From Actinomycetes bacterium (GTDB lineage Bacteria; Actinomycetota; Thermoleophilia; BMS3ABIN01), in contig JAJYIM010000005.1 of assembly GCA_021790115.1 (NCBI GenBank), positions 1-60,216 of the forward strand: a DNA stretch of 60,216 bases, written 5' to 3'. The notes under the pieces are model-generated. The model was not told the origin of the DNA. It did not search any database and worked only from the letters and a program-made list of their open reading frames with translations. The translations under genes were made by a program, and so were the position numbers. This document shows positions 1 through 8,545 of this stretch, in pieces (position 1 is the first letter of the stretch; each line of letters begins with the position of its first letter).

Positions 1-3
1 TTT

Positions 4-651
4 TCAGCCTCGTCGGTCCCCCCCCGTCTCCAGGTTAAGACGGATAAGATCAAAAATCTGGTAAAGGTCGTGCGGATACAAATCTATATGCCGATTCAGA
101 AGGTTGATATTACGTGCTCTTTTTTTATCAATGTCTTGCTTGCACCAAGGTTTGTGAATAATCGTTATCTCAGAGGGAACATATGCGCATAAATCTCGGT
201 TGGGAACTGTCAGCTTCTCATGAAAAATTCCTTCATACCTAACCTCTGGAGATCTCTTAAAAAGGCGCAGGCTTCTCATTGCTGTCCATTTGGGAGATAA
301 CTGTATGAGAACTTCGTACCCCCGGATCTCATCCCGCTGAACCGCCGCTTTTATTTGGTTTTTACTTTGCGGGGCAAGAACTTCATCGGCATCAAGAACA
401 AGAATCCAGTCCCCGCTAGCATGGTCAAGAGAAATATTGCGCGGAATTGAGAAGCTGTCATTCCATTGATGAAAGAAAATCAGAGCTCCAAACGATTCGG
501 CAATCGCGGCCGACTTATCACGTGACCCCGTATCAACCACAATTATTTCGTCTGCTACATCTTTGACACTATTGAGGCATTTTGCCAGATGCTCCTCCTC
601 GTCTCTGACGATCATGCAAAGGCTGATTGACGTAACGTCCATAATCTTCAC
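4..651 (-). CDS. GT2 glycosyltransferase (SunS-like / GT2-TPR type), probably truncated by a frameshift in a G8 tract near its 3' end
   Basis: SISLCMIVRDEE...IIVVDTGSRD, WILVLDADE (DxD), RLFK...YEGIFHE motifs; last gene of the minus-strand operon at the window edge. Confidence 0.85.
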   Translation of the reverse strand: MKIMDVTSISLCMIVRDEEEHLAKCLNSVKDVADEIIVVDTGSRDKSAAIAESFGALIFFHQWNDSFSIPRNISLDHASGDWILVLDADEVLAPQSKNQIKAAVQRDEIRGYEVLIQLSPKWTAMRSLRLFKRSPEVRYEGIFHEKLTVPNRDLCAYVPSEITIIHKPWCKQDIDKKRARNINLLNRHIDLYPHDLYQIFDLIRLNLETGGDRRG

Positions 652-664
652 GCAAAAGAACTTC

Positions 665-958
665 TCAGGGTGCAGACAAAACGGCCAGATTCAATCTTTT
701 CATTTCATCTATGAACCTCATTATGTCTGCACGCGCCCGCTCCTCATCCACGTCAAATCTGAGGCACACCCCTTCAATAATTTCCTGAATGGTTCTTTCC
801 CCGTCGCAGTTTTTCCATAGAAAGCTCGCCGTTTTATTAAGCTGAAATACCTTCTCCTCGTCATCCTTTATTAAAATAATGAAGAGATCCGACTCGATTT
901 CCCGCCAGGCAACATTTTCGTCAATCCGGTTAATGCGGCATTTGCTGATATCCTCCAT
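665..958 (-). CDS. PqqD-family protein / RiPP recognition element (RRE)
   Basis: 97 aa; VAWREIE...FQLNKTASFLWKNCDGERTIQEIIEGVCLRFDVDEERARADIMRFIDEM is a typical PqqD pattern; GGAGG RBS before ATG 958. Confidence 0.9.
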   Translation of the reverse strand: MEDISKCRINRIDENVAWREIESDLFIILIKDDEEKVFQLNKTASFLWKNCDGERTIQEIIEGVCLRFDVDEERARADIMRFIDEMKRLNLAVLSAP

Positions 959-1817
959 GAACATCCTCCAGTGCTTCGATCGGGTCCCAAAAACTTTTAT
1001 CCCTTTTAAAAAAAAGGCGGTAGTATGGCACCTTTTCCGCCAACTCGTTCACACAATTCAACAAATATTGGAATGCTTGTCTTCGGCCCCCGGATAAAAC
1101 AGGCTGAGGCAGAAAGATTTCGGGCAGGACTGCGCTTGCAAATTCGTCCCGGCTGCCTTTCTCTATTTTTGCTTCATCGCTTTTATGCAGCGAAAAAAAC
1201 ATTGACAGCGGTCCCCTGCGATCTGAAAGACGGAGCTGCGTCGGGTTGAATGGAATTCCCTGTACAAGTGACCCCTTCTGACTCATGACAACCAAGTTCA
1301 TGTCGTCGTGAAGCACTTCGCATCTTTCAGAAAAATGGGCAACAGTACTTTTACCGCTCCCCGCGGGCCCAAAAAAGACGTATCCTTTCCCATTTTTGAT
1401 GACGGCAGAGCTGTGGACTATGAAGGCTTTTTTATCATCCCCCTTCTCTTTAAAGAACAGCGTATAAAAAATACGGCACATTATGCGGTTGAGGAGCCAG
1501 ATTTCTTCCGTACTGAGAATAGATTCGCTTAACGCAAGCCGACACGTCCTTTTTTTATCGTTCCAGGACCCTTTGATCAGGTCGGGGCCGAAGTTGAATT
1601 TATGCTTGTCAACAGAATGCACATAGCTTTTGCCTGACTCGATATTTGGAATATTCTCATCTGACAGAACGGAAACCTTGAGTGAAACGTCGGAAGGCGC
1701 TGCCGAGCTAGTTTCATCAAAATGAACCTTAATAAAATCGGCTACGTCTTCGCGCTCACATGTCAGATCAATGATAAAACTGCCAAATTGAACGCGCACT
1801 TCGACTTCTCTGGTCAT
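930..1817 (-). CDS. HprK-related kinase (resembles RiPP/lasso-peptide kinases)
   Basis: IVHSSAV catalytic His motif, Walker A GPAGSGKST, LHDD signature; overlaps the PqqD gene. Confidence 0.8.
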   Translation of the reverse strand: MTREVEVRVQFGSFIIDLTCEREDVADFIKVHFDETSSAAPSDVSLKVSVLSDENIPNIESGKSYVHSVDKHKFNFGPDLIKGSWNDKKRTCRLALSESILSTEEIWLLNRIMCRIFYTLFFKEKGDDKKAFIVHSSAVIKNGKGYVFFGPAGSGKSTVAHFSERCEVLHDDMNLVVMSQKGSLVQGIPFNPTQLRLSDRRGPLSMFFSLHKSDEAKIEKGSRDEFASAVLPEIFLPQPVLSGGRRQAFQYLLNCVNELAEKVPYYRLFFKRDKSFWDPIEALEDVHGGYQQMPH

Positions 1818-1934
1818 TCAGTTGATATTGCTCCAAATACAGAATCCTGTTTCCACTTTGTCATTCTTGTTTGTGGCCAATCAATCCCGACTCTTATAGG
1901 CTAATAAAAGAATTTTTATCTATACTCCAACGCC

Positions 1935-1980
1935 AAAAAGGCGCTTCCCATTTCTTGAAAGAAATAAAAAGCGCCTTTTT
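1935..1980. terminator. Intrinsic terminator-like stem-loop between peptide gene and kinase
   Basis: AAAAAGGCGCTT (1935-1946) / AAGCGCCTTTTT (1969-1980) perfect inverted repeat with inner ATTTCTT/AAGAAAT hairpin; T-tract on both strands. Confidence 0.75.
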
Positions 1981-2034
1981 CAGACTTGAATTTCTAGCCT
2001 TTTACAATCGCTTGCCGTTGACCGCTGAACTTGC

Positions 2035-2142
2035 TTATATGAAAGGACTTGCTACTGGCGGCATCCCAAAGCTAAAAGACTCCTCGAGGTCTATTTCTTC
2101 AATAACTGGGGATTCATATGCCTCTTTCGTCTTTCCTTCCAT
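2035..2142 (-). CDS. Putative RiPP precursor peptide, 35 aa: MEGKTKEAYESPVIEEIDLEESFSFGMPPVASPFI
   Basis: Hand-translated; strong AAGGAGG RBS, ATG at 2142, TAA at 2035-2037; YxxPxI leader motif; directly upstream of kinase and PqqD genes. Confidence 0.85.
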   Translation of the reverse strand: MEGKTKEAYESPVIEEIDLEESFSFGMPPVASPFI

Positions 2143-2265
2143 TGTTTTCCCCTCCTTCCCCTAAAAACTTACATAAATATTTCACGATCTTCGTAGTTTG
2201 TCAATAGAGGTACGATGCTTTCGTTGGCAATGTTTGCTTCGTGTTCTAACGGGAAATGATTAGGC

Positions 2266-2742
2266 ATGGAAAAAATCACAAAAACAGACGAGCAGTGGCG
2301 CCGGCAGCTGAGCCGCGAAGAGTATCGCGTAACCAGGAAGGGTGGAACGGAGCGAGCTTTTTCCGGCAAGTACGATGACTTTTTTGAGCCAGGGGTTTTC
2401 CATTGCGTTTGCTGCAGGCTAGAGCTGTTCAGCTCCCAGACAAAATTTCATTCAGGTACGGGCTGGCCCAGCTTTTGGGCGCCCGTCGATGAGGCGCACA
2501 TCAGCACTGCGCGCGACAACAGCCCGCCCGTCCCCCGGACTGAAGTAAAGTGCGCCCGCTGCGGCGCCCACCTGGGCCATGTATTTGCAGACGGGCCTGA
2601 GCCAACCGGGCGGCGCTACTGTATCAATTCTGTGGCGCTTAAGTTCGAGCGGGTGGACCAGTTGGCGCCGGCGCCGGGCTCAGGCGCGTCGGCCTGGACT
2701 GCCGTCAGGTGGCCTTCCGGGGACCCCGGCTGCGACACTTAA
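2266..2742 (+). CDS. msrB: Peptide methionine sulfoxide reductase B
   Basis: GTERAF, CxxC, SGTGWPSF, HLGHVFADGP, RYCINS motifs. Confidence 0.95.
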   Translation: MEKITKTDEQWRRQLSREEYRVTRKGGTERAFSGKYDDFFEPGVFHCVCCRLELFSSQTKFHSGTGWPSFWAPVDEAHISTARDNSPPVPRTEVKCARCGAHLGHVFADGPEPTGRRYCINSVALKFERVDQLAPAPGSGASAWTAVRWPSGDPGCDT

Positions 2743-2792
2743 GCGCCGCTTGCGCATGGCTATGCTCAAACCACGGCGCCGGCCGCCCAACG

Positions 2793-3284
2793 TCAGTTTT
2801 TCATGTTGACAAACTGCAGGGGCATTCCCAGATCCTTTGCCTTCAACATGCTGATCACAGCCTGCAGGTCGTCAATCTTCTTGCCGTTAACTCGCACCTG
2901 GTCTTCCATGATCTTGGCCTGAACCTTGAGCTTCAGGCCTTTGATCATTTTGACAATCTGCTTGGCGCTGTCAGGCTCGACGCCATCGATAATGCGGATG
3001 TCGCGCTTGATCATGTCCCCGGCGGCAGGCTGAATTTCTCCCAGATCCATCGCCTTTGGATCGACGCCGCGCTTGGAAAGGTTGGCGGAAAGATCCCCCA
3101 GAACAGCTTTCATCTTCATGCTGTCCTCGGTAAGGAGATGGATGTGGTGGTCTTTCTTGTTCAGCGTCAGCTCCGTCCGCGAACCCCGAAAATCGTAGCG
3201 GGTGGCAATCATCTTTTTTGCCATGTTGACAGCGTTGTCAACTTCCTGCATGTCAACCCTGTTGACGATGTCAAAGGTGGCCAT
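2793..3284 (-). CDS. yajQ: YajQ family nucleotide/c-di-GMP-binding protein
   Basis: MATFDIVNRVDMQEVDNAVN...RYDFRG...QVRVNGKKIDDLQ...PLQFVN. Confidence 0.95.
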   Translation of the reverse strand: MATFDIVNRVDMQEVDNAVNMAKKMIATRYDFRGSRTELTLNKKDHHIHLLTEDSMKMKAVLGDLSANLSKRGVDPKAMDLGEIQPAAGDMIKRDIRIIDGVEPDSAKQIVKMIKGLKLKVQAKIMEDQVRVNGKKIDDLQAVISMLKAKDLGMPLQFVNMKN

Positions 3285-4590
3285 CAGCGCTCCTTTCTTT
3301 GCTTGCTGACGCTTGTGCAGGAACCAGGTTTCCCGGGAGCAGCATCAACACCAGCATTGCCCACAGCAGCAAGTCCCTCAGTGTGACCTCGCCGACCATA
3401 AATTCGCTCATCCCCACCAGTTGTGGATAATGATAAGGATATTCGTACTGGGTCAACAGCAGCGCCACCAGAAAAAGCGCCACGATCATTCGCCTGCCGC
3501 CGCCCATCGCGAGCGGGATCAGTGGCAGCAGCCAGATGACGTACTGCGGCGAAAAGACCTTGCCGAACAAGATGAAAGTCAACAGGCTGATGGCCGCGAA
3601 GCGCACGATTTCCGCCTGGCCACCCGCTTTGTTTACTCCCGCTTCCCGGCTGGAATGATAAAACGCATAGTATCCCAAAGCCAGCACGGTAGCCAGCACA
3701 AGCCCGGAAAGCAGCGAAATGACACCCGTGTGCATGGAGACGATATTATCTGAGCCATACGTGAATTCGGTTCTCACGGGAATTTTTAGCAGTTCTTTGG
3801 CCCACAGAAATGGCAACGCCCACGTACTTTCGAGCTGCACTGGCCGTTGTAAATGATTAAGGAAGGAGCGCAGCAGCCCGGCGGGCGCCATCAGCGCGTA
3901 AGGCAGCGCGATCAGCAACGCCGCCAACGCCATCGCCATCGGGCCAAGCCAGAACCGCTTGCGCCCCTGCCGGTAATCGCCAATGAAATAAAGCGGCGCA
4001 AGCAGAACTGGCACCAGCTTCAGCATGATGCCCACGCCCAGGAACGACCAAGCCAGCAACTTTTTCCCTTTTAGGAAAAACGCGAGACTGAGTATGACCA
4101 GGAAGGCAATCAGGAGGTCGAAGCGCACCTGGACAAGGCTGCCTGTGGCTACAATCGCGAGCGCGTAGGTTAATAGGACTGCTGCCAGTTGTTTCAGGCT
4201 CAGCCCGAAATGCCTGGCAGCCAGGCCCATCAGGACGGTGATGCTGCAGGAAAACACGAGGGTCTCGATTTCAAACCACAAGAAATACCGGTCGAAGTCG
4301 GGACCGGAAAACAGCCAGGGAAGATAGAATACCGGCACAACAACTGGAGGATATTCCAACGAGAAATCCCGGTAGGGAACCAAGCCGGCAGCAATCCGCT
4401 GAGCGTAAAAATAATAAAGGTGCACGCTGCTTGCAGATTTGTCCTGAAACCAGAAACGCTGGAAGAGGACGAACCATATCAGCACCTGAGCAAGCAGGAA
4501 AGCAGCGACGATCAGCCAGAATCCGTATGCGCGAACGATTTGCTTGCCCGACCCGCCCGCTGTGCCGGCGCTTTTGAGGATCCTTTTCAT
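3271..4590 (-). CDS. Polytopic membrane glycosyltransferase (GT87/DUF2029-like, GT-C fold)
   Basis: PYRDFSLEYPP, RFD, KLVP, KVFSPQYVIWLLP motifs; many TM segments. Confidence 0.75.
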   Translation of the reverse strand: MKRILKSAGTAGGSGKQIVRAYGFWLIVAAFLLAQVLIWFVLFQRFWFQDKSASSVHLYYFYAQRIAAGLVPYRDFSLEYPPVVVPVFYLPWLFSGPDFDRYFLWFEIETLVFSCSITVLMGLAARHFGLSLKQLAAVLLTYALAIVATGSLVQVRFDLLIAFLVILSLAFFLKGKKLLAWSFLGVGIMLKLVPVLLAPLYFIGDYRQGRKRFWLGPMAMALAALLIALPYALMAPAGLLRSFLNHLQRPVQLESTWALPFLWAKELLKIPVRTEFTYGSDNIVSMHTGVISLLSGLVLATVLALGYYAFYHSSREAGVNKAGGQAEIVRFAAISLLTFILFGKVFSPQYVIWLLPLIPLAMGGGRRMIVALFLVALLLTQYEYPYHYPQLVGMSEFMVGEVTLRDLLLWAMLVLMLLPGNLVPAQASASKERSADGHL

Positions 4591-4617
4591 CCACCCCCCC
4601 CAGGCAGGCCGCGCCGG

Positions 4618-5184
4618 CTACGGCGTCAGCGCCTGCTTTAGCTCCAGCGTCAGTGGGTCCATCACGCGGCCCCTTGCCGCCAAGTAGCGCCGGTTAATCT
4701 CGATCGCCAGCCGCATGGCGCCGTTGACATCATCGTAGGCTAGCAGCCTGAGCTCGTCCAGGCGCGGCAGGGCGCGCTCCGGTTCGATCATATCGCCAAG
4801 AAACAGCAACTTGTCAGAAAGGCTCATTAGCGGATGGCCGGCAGTATGATAAAGCACGGCGCTGAGCACAGCCGCATCATCAATTTCAAGCTCGCGCCGC
4901 GCCATCTCCACCGCCAGCCTGCCGTGAAGCAGGATGGGAAACCGGCGGTCGATATCCCGCACAGGCAGCCCCAGCCGCTCGGCGGACTTAAGCATCTCGG
5001 CGTCGCTCATCCCGCGGGCGCTGTCATGCAGCAGCGCCGCCAGCTTCAATGGCTCCGCGTCCGCGCCATGGGCCGCGGCCAGGCCAGGTATCAGCTCGAG
5101 CACGCGCAGGCTGTGCCGCAGCCGCTCCTCATCAACCCTGGCCGCCAGCCAGGTCCGCACGCTATCTTGCGAAATTTCTTTCAT
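4618..5184 (-). CDS. yqeK: HD-domain Ap4A hydrolase YqeK
   Basis: RLRHSLRV, LLHDSAR, LLHG, YHTAG, DMIEP motifs; start taken at ATG 5184. Confidence 0.85.
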   Translation of the reverse strand: MKEISQDSVRTWLAARVDEERLRHSLRVLELIPGLAAAHGADAEPLKLAALLHDSARGMSDAEMLKSAERLGLPVRDIDRRFPILLHGRLAVEMARRELEIDDAAVLSAVLYHTAGHPLMSLSDKLLFLGDMIEPERALPRLDELRLLAYDDVNGAMRLAIEINRRYLAARGRVMDPLTLELKQALTP

Positions 5185-5384
5185 AACAGCAAAGGGCGGC
5201 CTTCCGGCGCCGCCCCTGCGCAACACACATCTGCAGCTTCTCATATTTTAACAATAACTGTCCCGGTTATCAGCAAATCGAGAACATCTCCTCAATCTAA
5301 AATACTCATTGACGGAGTAGTTAAAATCTAATTCTTTGACGCCGCTTGCCGGCACCTGGCCCACCGACGGCAGCGAAATCCGTT

Positions 5385-5750
5385 TCACTTTTGGCGCGAG
5401 GCCTTCAGCAAAGACTTGAAATCCCGCGGCAGCGGCTTGTCGGCCACGATGAAATCGTAGAGCTGGTCCGCGAGTTGCGGCGACCGGTAGAGGGCCTGCT
5501 GCAGGCCCCGCTGGCGGTACTCAAAAAAGTGCTCCGGTTTTACCCTCAGCGCCCTGGCGATAATCCTGATGACTGAATCTGCCGGCACCGGGCGCGAACC
5601 GCAGGCCAGGTGATTAAGGTAGCCTGCCGACAGTTTTGTCCGTGTGGCCAGCCGCCGGTAACTGATGTTGCGCAACTCAAGCAGCTCTTTGAGAGCCTCT
5701 GGAAACGGCAGCGCCGTGTTGGAAACTTCCTTTGGAGAAACCGGTTTCAT
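5385..5750 (-). CDS. XRE-family helix-turn-helix protein
   Basis: ISYRRLATRTKLSAGYLNHLACG HTH; ATGA overlap with trpA stop. Confidence 0.8.
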   Translation of the reverse strand: MKPVSPKEVSNTALPFPEALKELLELRNISYRRLATRTKLSAGYLNHLACGSRPVPADSVIRIIARALRVKPEHFFEYRQRGLQQALYRSPQLADQLYDFIVADKPLPRDFKSLLKASRQK

Positions 5751-6532
5751 TGCTTTAGCGCCTCATTCATCTGGGAGAGAAAGGTCTTCACCGCCCGGCC
5801 AGCGATATCGATCTCGCCGGCGTCGCGGACGATGCTGATCAGCTTGCTGCCGATGATGACGCCGTCGGCATGGCAGGCCACCGCGGCGGCCTGCTCCGGG
5901 GAAGAGACGCCAAACCCCACAGCCAGCGGCACTTCCGTCTTCGCCCTCACCCGCGCCAGAAACCCAGGCAGCTGACCGCTGAGCGAAGCCCGGGCGCCAG
6001 TCACGCCGGCGACCGAGACACAGTATATAAAGCCCGATGCCCGGGCGGCAATCATCTCAATGCGCTCGTCGGTGCTTGTGGGCGCCACCAAGAGGATCGG
6101 GTCCACCCCATGGGCGCGGCAGATATCAATAAACTCTGACGCTTCGTCAACAGGAAGATCAGGCACGATCAGCCCGCTGACGCCGGCGGCGGCGGCGGCC
6201 TTCACAAATTCCTTCTGGCCGCAGGCGAAAACGCAGTTGTAATATACCAGCAACACCACCGGCAGCCGGCCGCTGTAACGGGACGCCAGCTCCAGCACGT
6301 CAACCGGGGTAACCCCCTCGTCCAGAGCCTGCTGCGCCGAAGCCTGCACCACCGGGCCGTCGGCGAGAGGATCAGAGAAAGGAACGCCCAGCTCGATCAT
6401 GTCGGCGCCGCCCTCAATAAAAGCATCCAGCACGTGTCCGCATGCGTGCATGCTGGGATAACCACCGGTGATATATGGCATCAGCAGCGCCTTCTTCTGG
6501 CGGTTGGCAAAGAGCTCCTTCAGGGCGCTCAA
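5747..6532 (-). CDS. trpA: Tryptophan synthase alpha chain
   Basis: [27 protein letters not shown] motifs. Confidence 0.97.
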   Translation of the reverse strand: MSALKELFANRQKKALLMPYITGGYPSMHACGHVLDAFIEGGADMIELGVPFSDPLADGPVVQASAQQALDEGVTPVDVLELASRYSGRLPVVLLVYYNCVFACGQKEFVKAAAAAGVSGLIVPDLPVDEASEFIDICRAHGVDPILLVAPTSTDERIEMIAARASGFIYCVSVAGVTGARASLSGQLPGFLARVRAKTEVPLAVGFGVSSPEQAAAVACHADGVIIGSKLISIVRDAGEIDIAGRAVKTFLSQMNEALKQ

Positions 6533-7707
6533 AGCAGCTCCAGTGCCCTGGCCGCCTGATAGACATCCTTGTCGCCGCGGCCGCTTAAGTTGACAATTAT
6601 TAGATCATCGGCTGCAAAGCGGTCAATATGCTTGGCCAGGTAGGCAATCGCGTGCGCACTTTCCAGCGCCGGGATGATGCCCTCTGTTTCCGAAAGCATG
6701 GTAAAAGCTTTTAGCGCTTCGGCGTCAGTTACAGAATCGTAGCGCACCCGGCCCTCGTCGTGCAGGAAGGAGTGCTCCGGCCCCACCCCGGGGTAATCAA
6801 GGCCGGCCGAGATTGAGTGGGCTTCCATGATCTGGCCGTACGCGTCCTGAAGCACGTAAGAGAGCGAGCCGTGCAGCACGCCGCGCTTCCCCCGCTCAAT
6901 CGAGGCGCCGTGCCTGCCGCTGTCCAGGCCCTCCCCTCCGGCTTCCACTCCAGTTAACCGGATCTCCTCCTTATCAAGGAAAGAGACGAACAGGCCCATG
7001 GCATTGCTGCCGCCGCCAACACACGCGATCAGCTCCGTCGGCAGGCGCCCCTCTGCTTCCTGTATTTGAGCAAGCGCCTCGCGGCCGATGACGCTTTGCA
7101 GTTCCCGCACAATTGCCGGATACGGAGCCGGGCCGGCGACGGAGCCAATGACGTAGTAAGTGTTTTCCACGTTTGTGACCCAGTCGCGGATAGCATCGTT
7201 CATGGCGTCTTTCAGCGTGCGGCTGCCGGAGCTTACCGGGATGACCTCGGCGCCCAGGAGCTTCATCCGCACCACGTTCAGCTCCTGGCGGTCAATGTCC
7301 TTCTCGCCCATGTAGATGGCGCAGGGAATGCCGAACAGGGCCGCCGCCGTAGCCGTCGCCACGCCGTGCTGGCCGGCGCCGGTCTCTGCGATCACACGCG
7401 ACTTGTTCATCTCCACTGCCAGCAGCAATTGGCCCACCGTGTTGTTGATCTTATGGGCGCCTGTATGGCAGAGGTCTTCGCGCTTAAGATAAACCCGGGG
7501 ACCGCCAAGCTTTGCTGTCAGACGCTCGGCAAAATAGAGCGGCGTTGGCCGGCCGACAAAGTTCTTGAGCAGTTCGTCCAGTTGGGACTGGAACCCGGGG
7601 TCGGCCCGCAGCCTGCCGTATGCAGCCGCAAGCTCATCAAGAGCAGGAATGACCGTTTCCGGAACATAGCGGCCGCCGTATGGTCCAAAACGGGCCGTGA
7701 TGCTCAT
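6529..7707 (-). CDS. trpB: Tryptophan synthase beta chain
   Basis: [42 protein letters not shown]. Confidence 0.98.
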   Translation of the reverse strand: MSITARFGPYGGRYVPETVIPALDELAAAYGRLRADPGFQSQLDELLKNFVGRPTPLYFAERLTAKLGGPRVYLKREDLCHTGAHKINNTVGQLLLAVEMNKSRVIAETGAGQHGVATATAAALFGIPCAIYMGEKDIDRQELNVVRMKLLGAEVIPVSSGSRTLKDAMNDAIRDWVTNVENTYYVIGSVAGPAPYPAIVRELQSVIGREALAQIQEAEGRLPTELIACVGGGSNAMGLFVSFLDKEEIRLTGVEAGGEGLDSGRHGASIERGKRGVLHGSLSYVLQDAYGQIMEAHSISAGLDYPGVGPEHSFLHDEGRVRYDSVTDAEALKAFTMLSETEGIIPALESAHAIAYLAKHIDRFAADDLIIVNLSGRGDKDVYQAARALELL

Positions 7708-8354
7708 CGCTTCATTTCTTTCAAAATGTCAAAGAGCCTTTCCATCTCGCCGGGATCCTTTACTCCCGGCGCCGATTCAATGCCGCTGGAGACATCAACC
7801 GCGAAGGGACCGACGGCGTCCAGCGCCTCCAGGATGTTTCCCGCGTTTAACCCTCCGGAGAGAATCAGCCTGCCTGAGCGTGTCTCCTCGGGCAGCGCCG
7901 CCGCCAGGCTCCAGTCAAAGATCTTGCCTGTGCCGCCGCGGCGCGCTGGACTATAAGTATCCAGTAGAAGCAGGCCGGTGTCAAACAAGGCAACGCTTTC
8001 GGGCAGCCGCGCTTCCCTTACCCGCAACGCCTTGATAACAATGACGCCGGCAAGGCCGGCCGCCCGGCGGCACTCTTCAGGCGTCTCTTCGCCGTGCAGC
8101 TGCACGGCCGTCAGGCCGCAGTTACGCACGGCGGCGGCGACTGCCTCCGGAGCCGCGTTGACAAATACTCCTACCTTCTCTATTCCCGCCGGGACGGCTG
8201 TCATAATCCGCGCTGCCTGCTTTACCGTCACGCGCCTGGGGCTCTCGCCGGCAAGGATGACGCCCACGGCCCAGGCGCCGGCCTTGGCGGCGGCGGCGGC
8301 GTCCCCTGGCCGGGTCAGCCCGCATATCTTTATTCTGGGAAGGTTACCGGCCAT
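7704..8354 (-). CDS. trpF: Phosphoribosylanthranilate isomerase
   Basis: IKICGLT, VQLHG, GGTG, SGGL, DVSSGIE. Confidence 0.97.
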   Translation of the reverse strand: MAGNLPRIKICGLTRPGDAAAAAKAGAWAVGVILAGESPRRVTVKQAARIMTAVPAGIEKVGVFVNAAPEAVAAAVRNCGLTAVQLHGEETPEECRRAAGLAGVIVIKALRVREARLPESVALFDTGLLLLDTYSPARRGGTGKIFDWSLAAALPEETRSGRLILSGGLNAGNILEALDAVGPFAVDVSSGIESAPGVKDPGEMERLFDILKEMKR

Positions 8355-8378
8355 TTAGCAGCCCGCCATCTGCCACGC

Positions 8379-8410
8379 GGCAGGCACAGGCTTTCAGGCT
8401 GTGCAGGCAC
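8379..8410 (+). repeat. REP-like palindrome, family A (consensus GGTAGGCACAGGCTTTTAGCCTGTGCAGACAC)
   Basis: GGCAGGCACAGGCTTTCAGGCTGTGCAGGCAC; matches other copies in window. Confidence 0.65.
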
Positions 8411-8545
8411 GGGCCTGTGCGAAAAAGAAATCTCCCAAAGGCAGGCAAACGCGCGCCATCTGCCTGATGTGATAAAAAAGCCCGGATAATCCGGACCGCG
8501 ATTGCACCCTGTATTTGTCTGACCAATTCCCGGCGGCCCTAAAAT

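Noticed and set aside
1814-1864. 16-aa minus-strand ORF MTKWKQDSVFGAISTE overlapping the kinase start (ATGA)
   Set aside because: No clear RBS and no leader motif; likely chance, although it could serve translational coupling.
4-2142. Calling the RiPP locus a lasso peptide or glycocin cluster
   Set aside because: No cyclase or B2 peptidase is visible. The peptide lacks a Thr at -2 before a ring-starting Gly and has no Asp/Glu after it. It has no Cys or double-glycine leader for a glycocin. This cannot be fully excluded because the cluster is cut by the window edge.
1871-2164. 97-aa plus-strand ORF in the track
   Set aside because: Antisense to the precursor gene and runs through the terminator; no RBS or recognisable motif.
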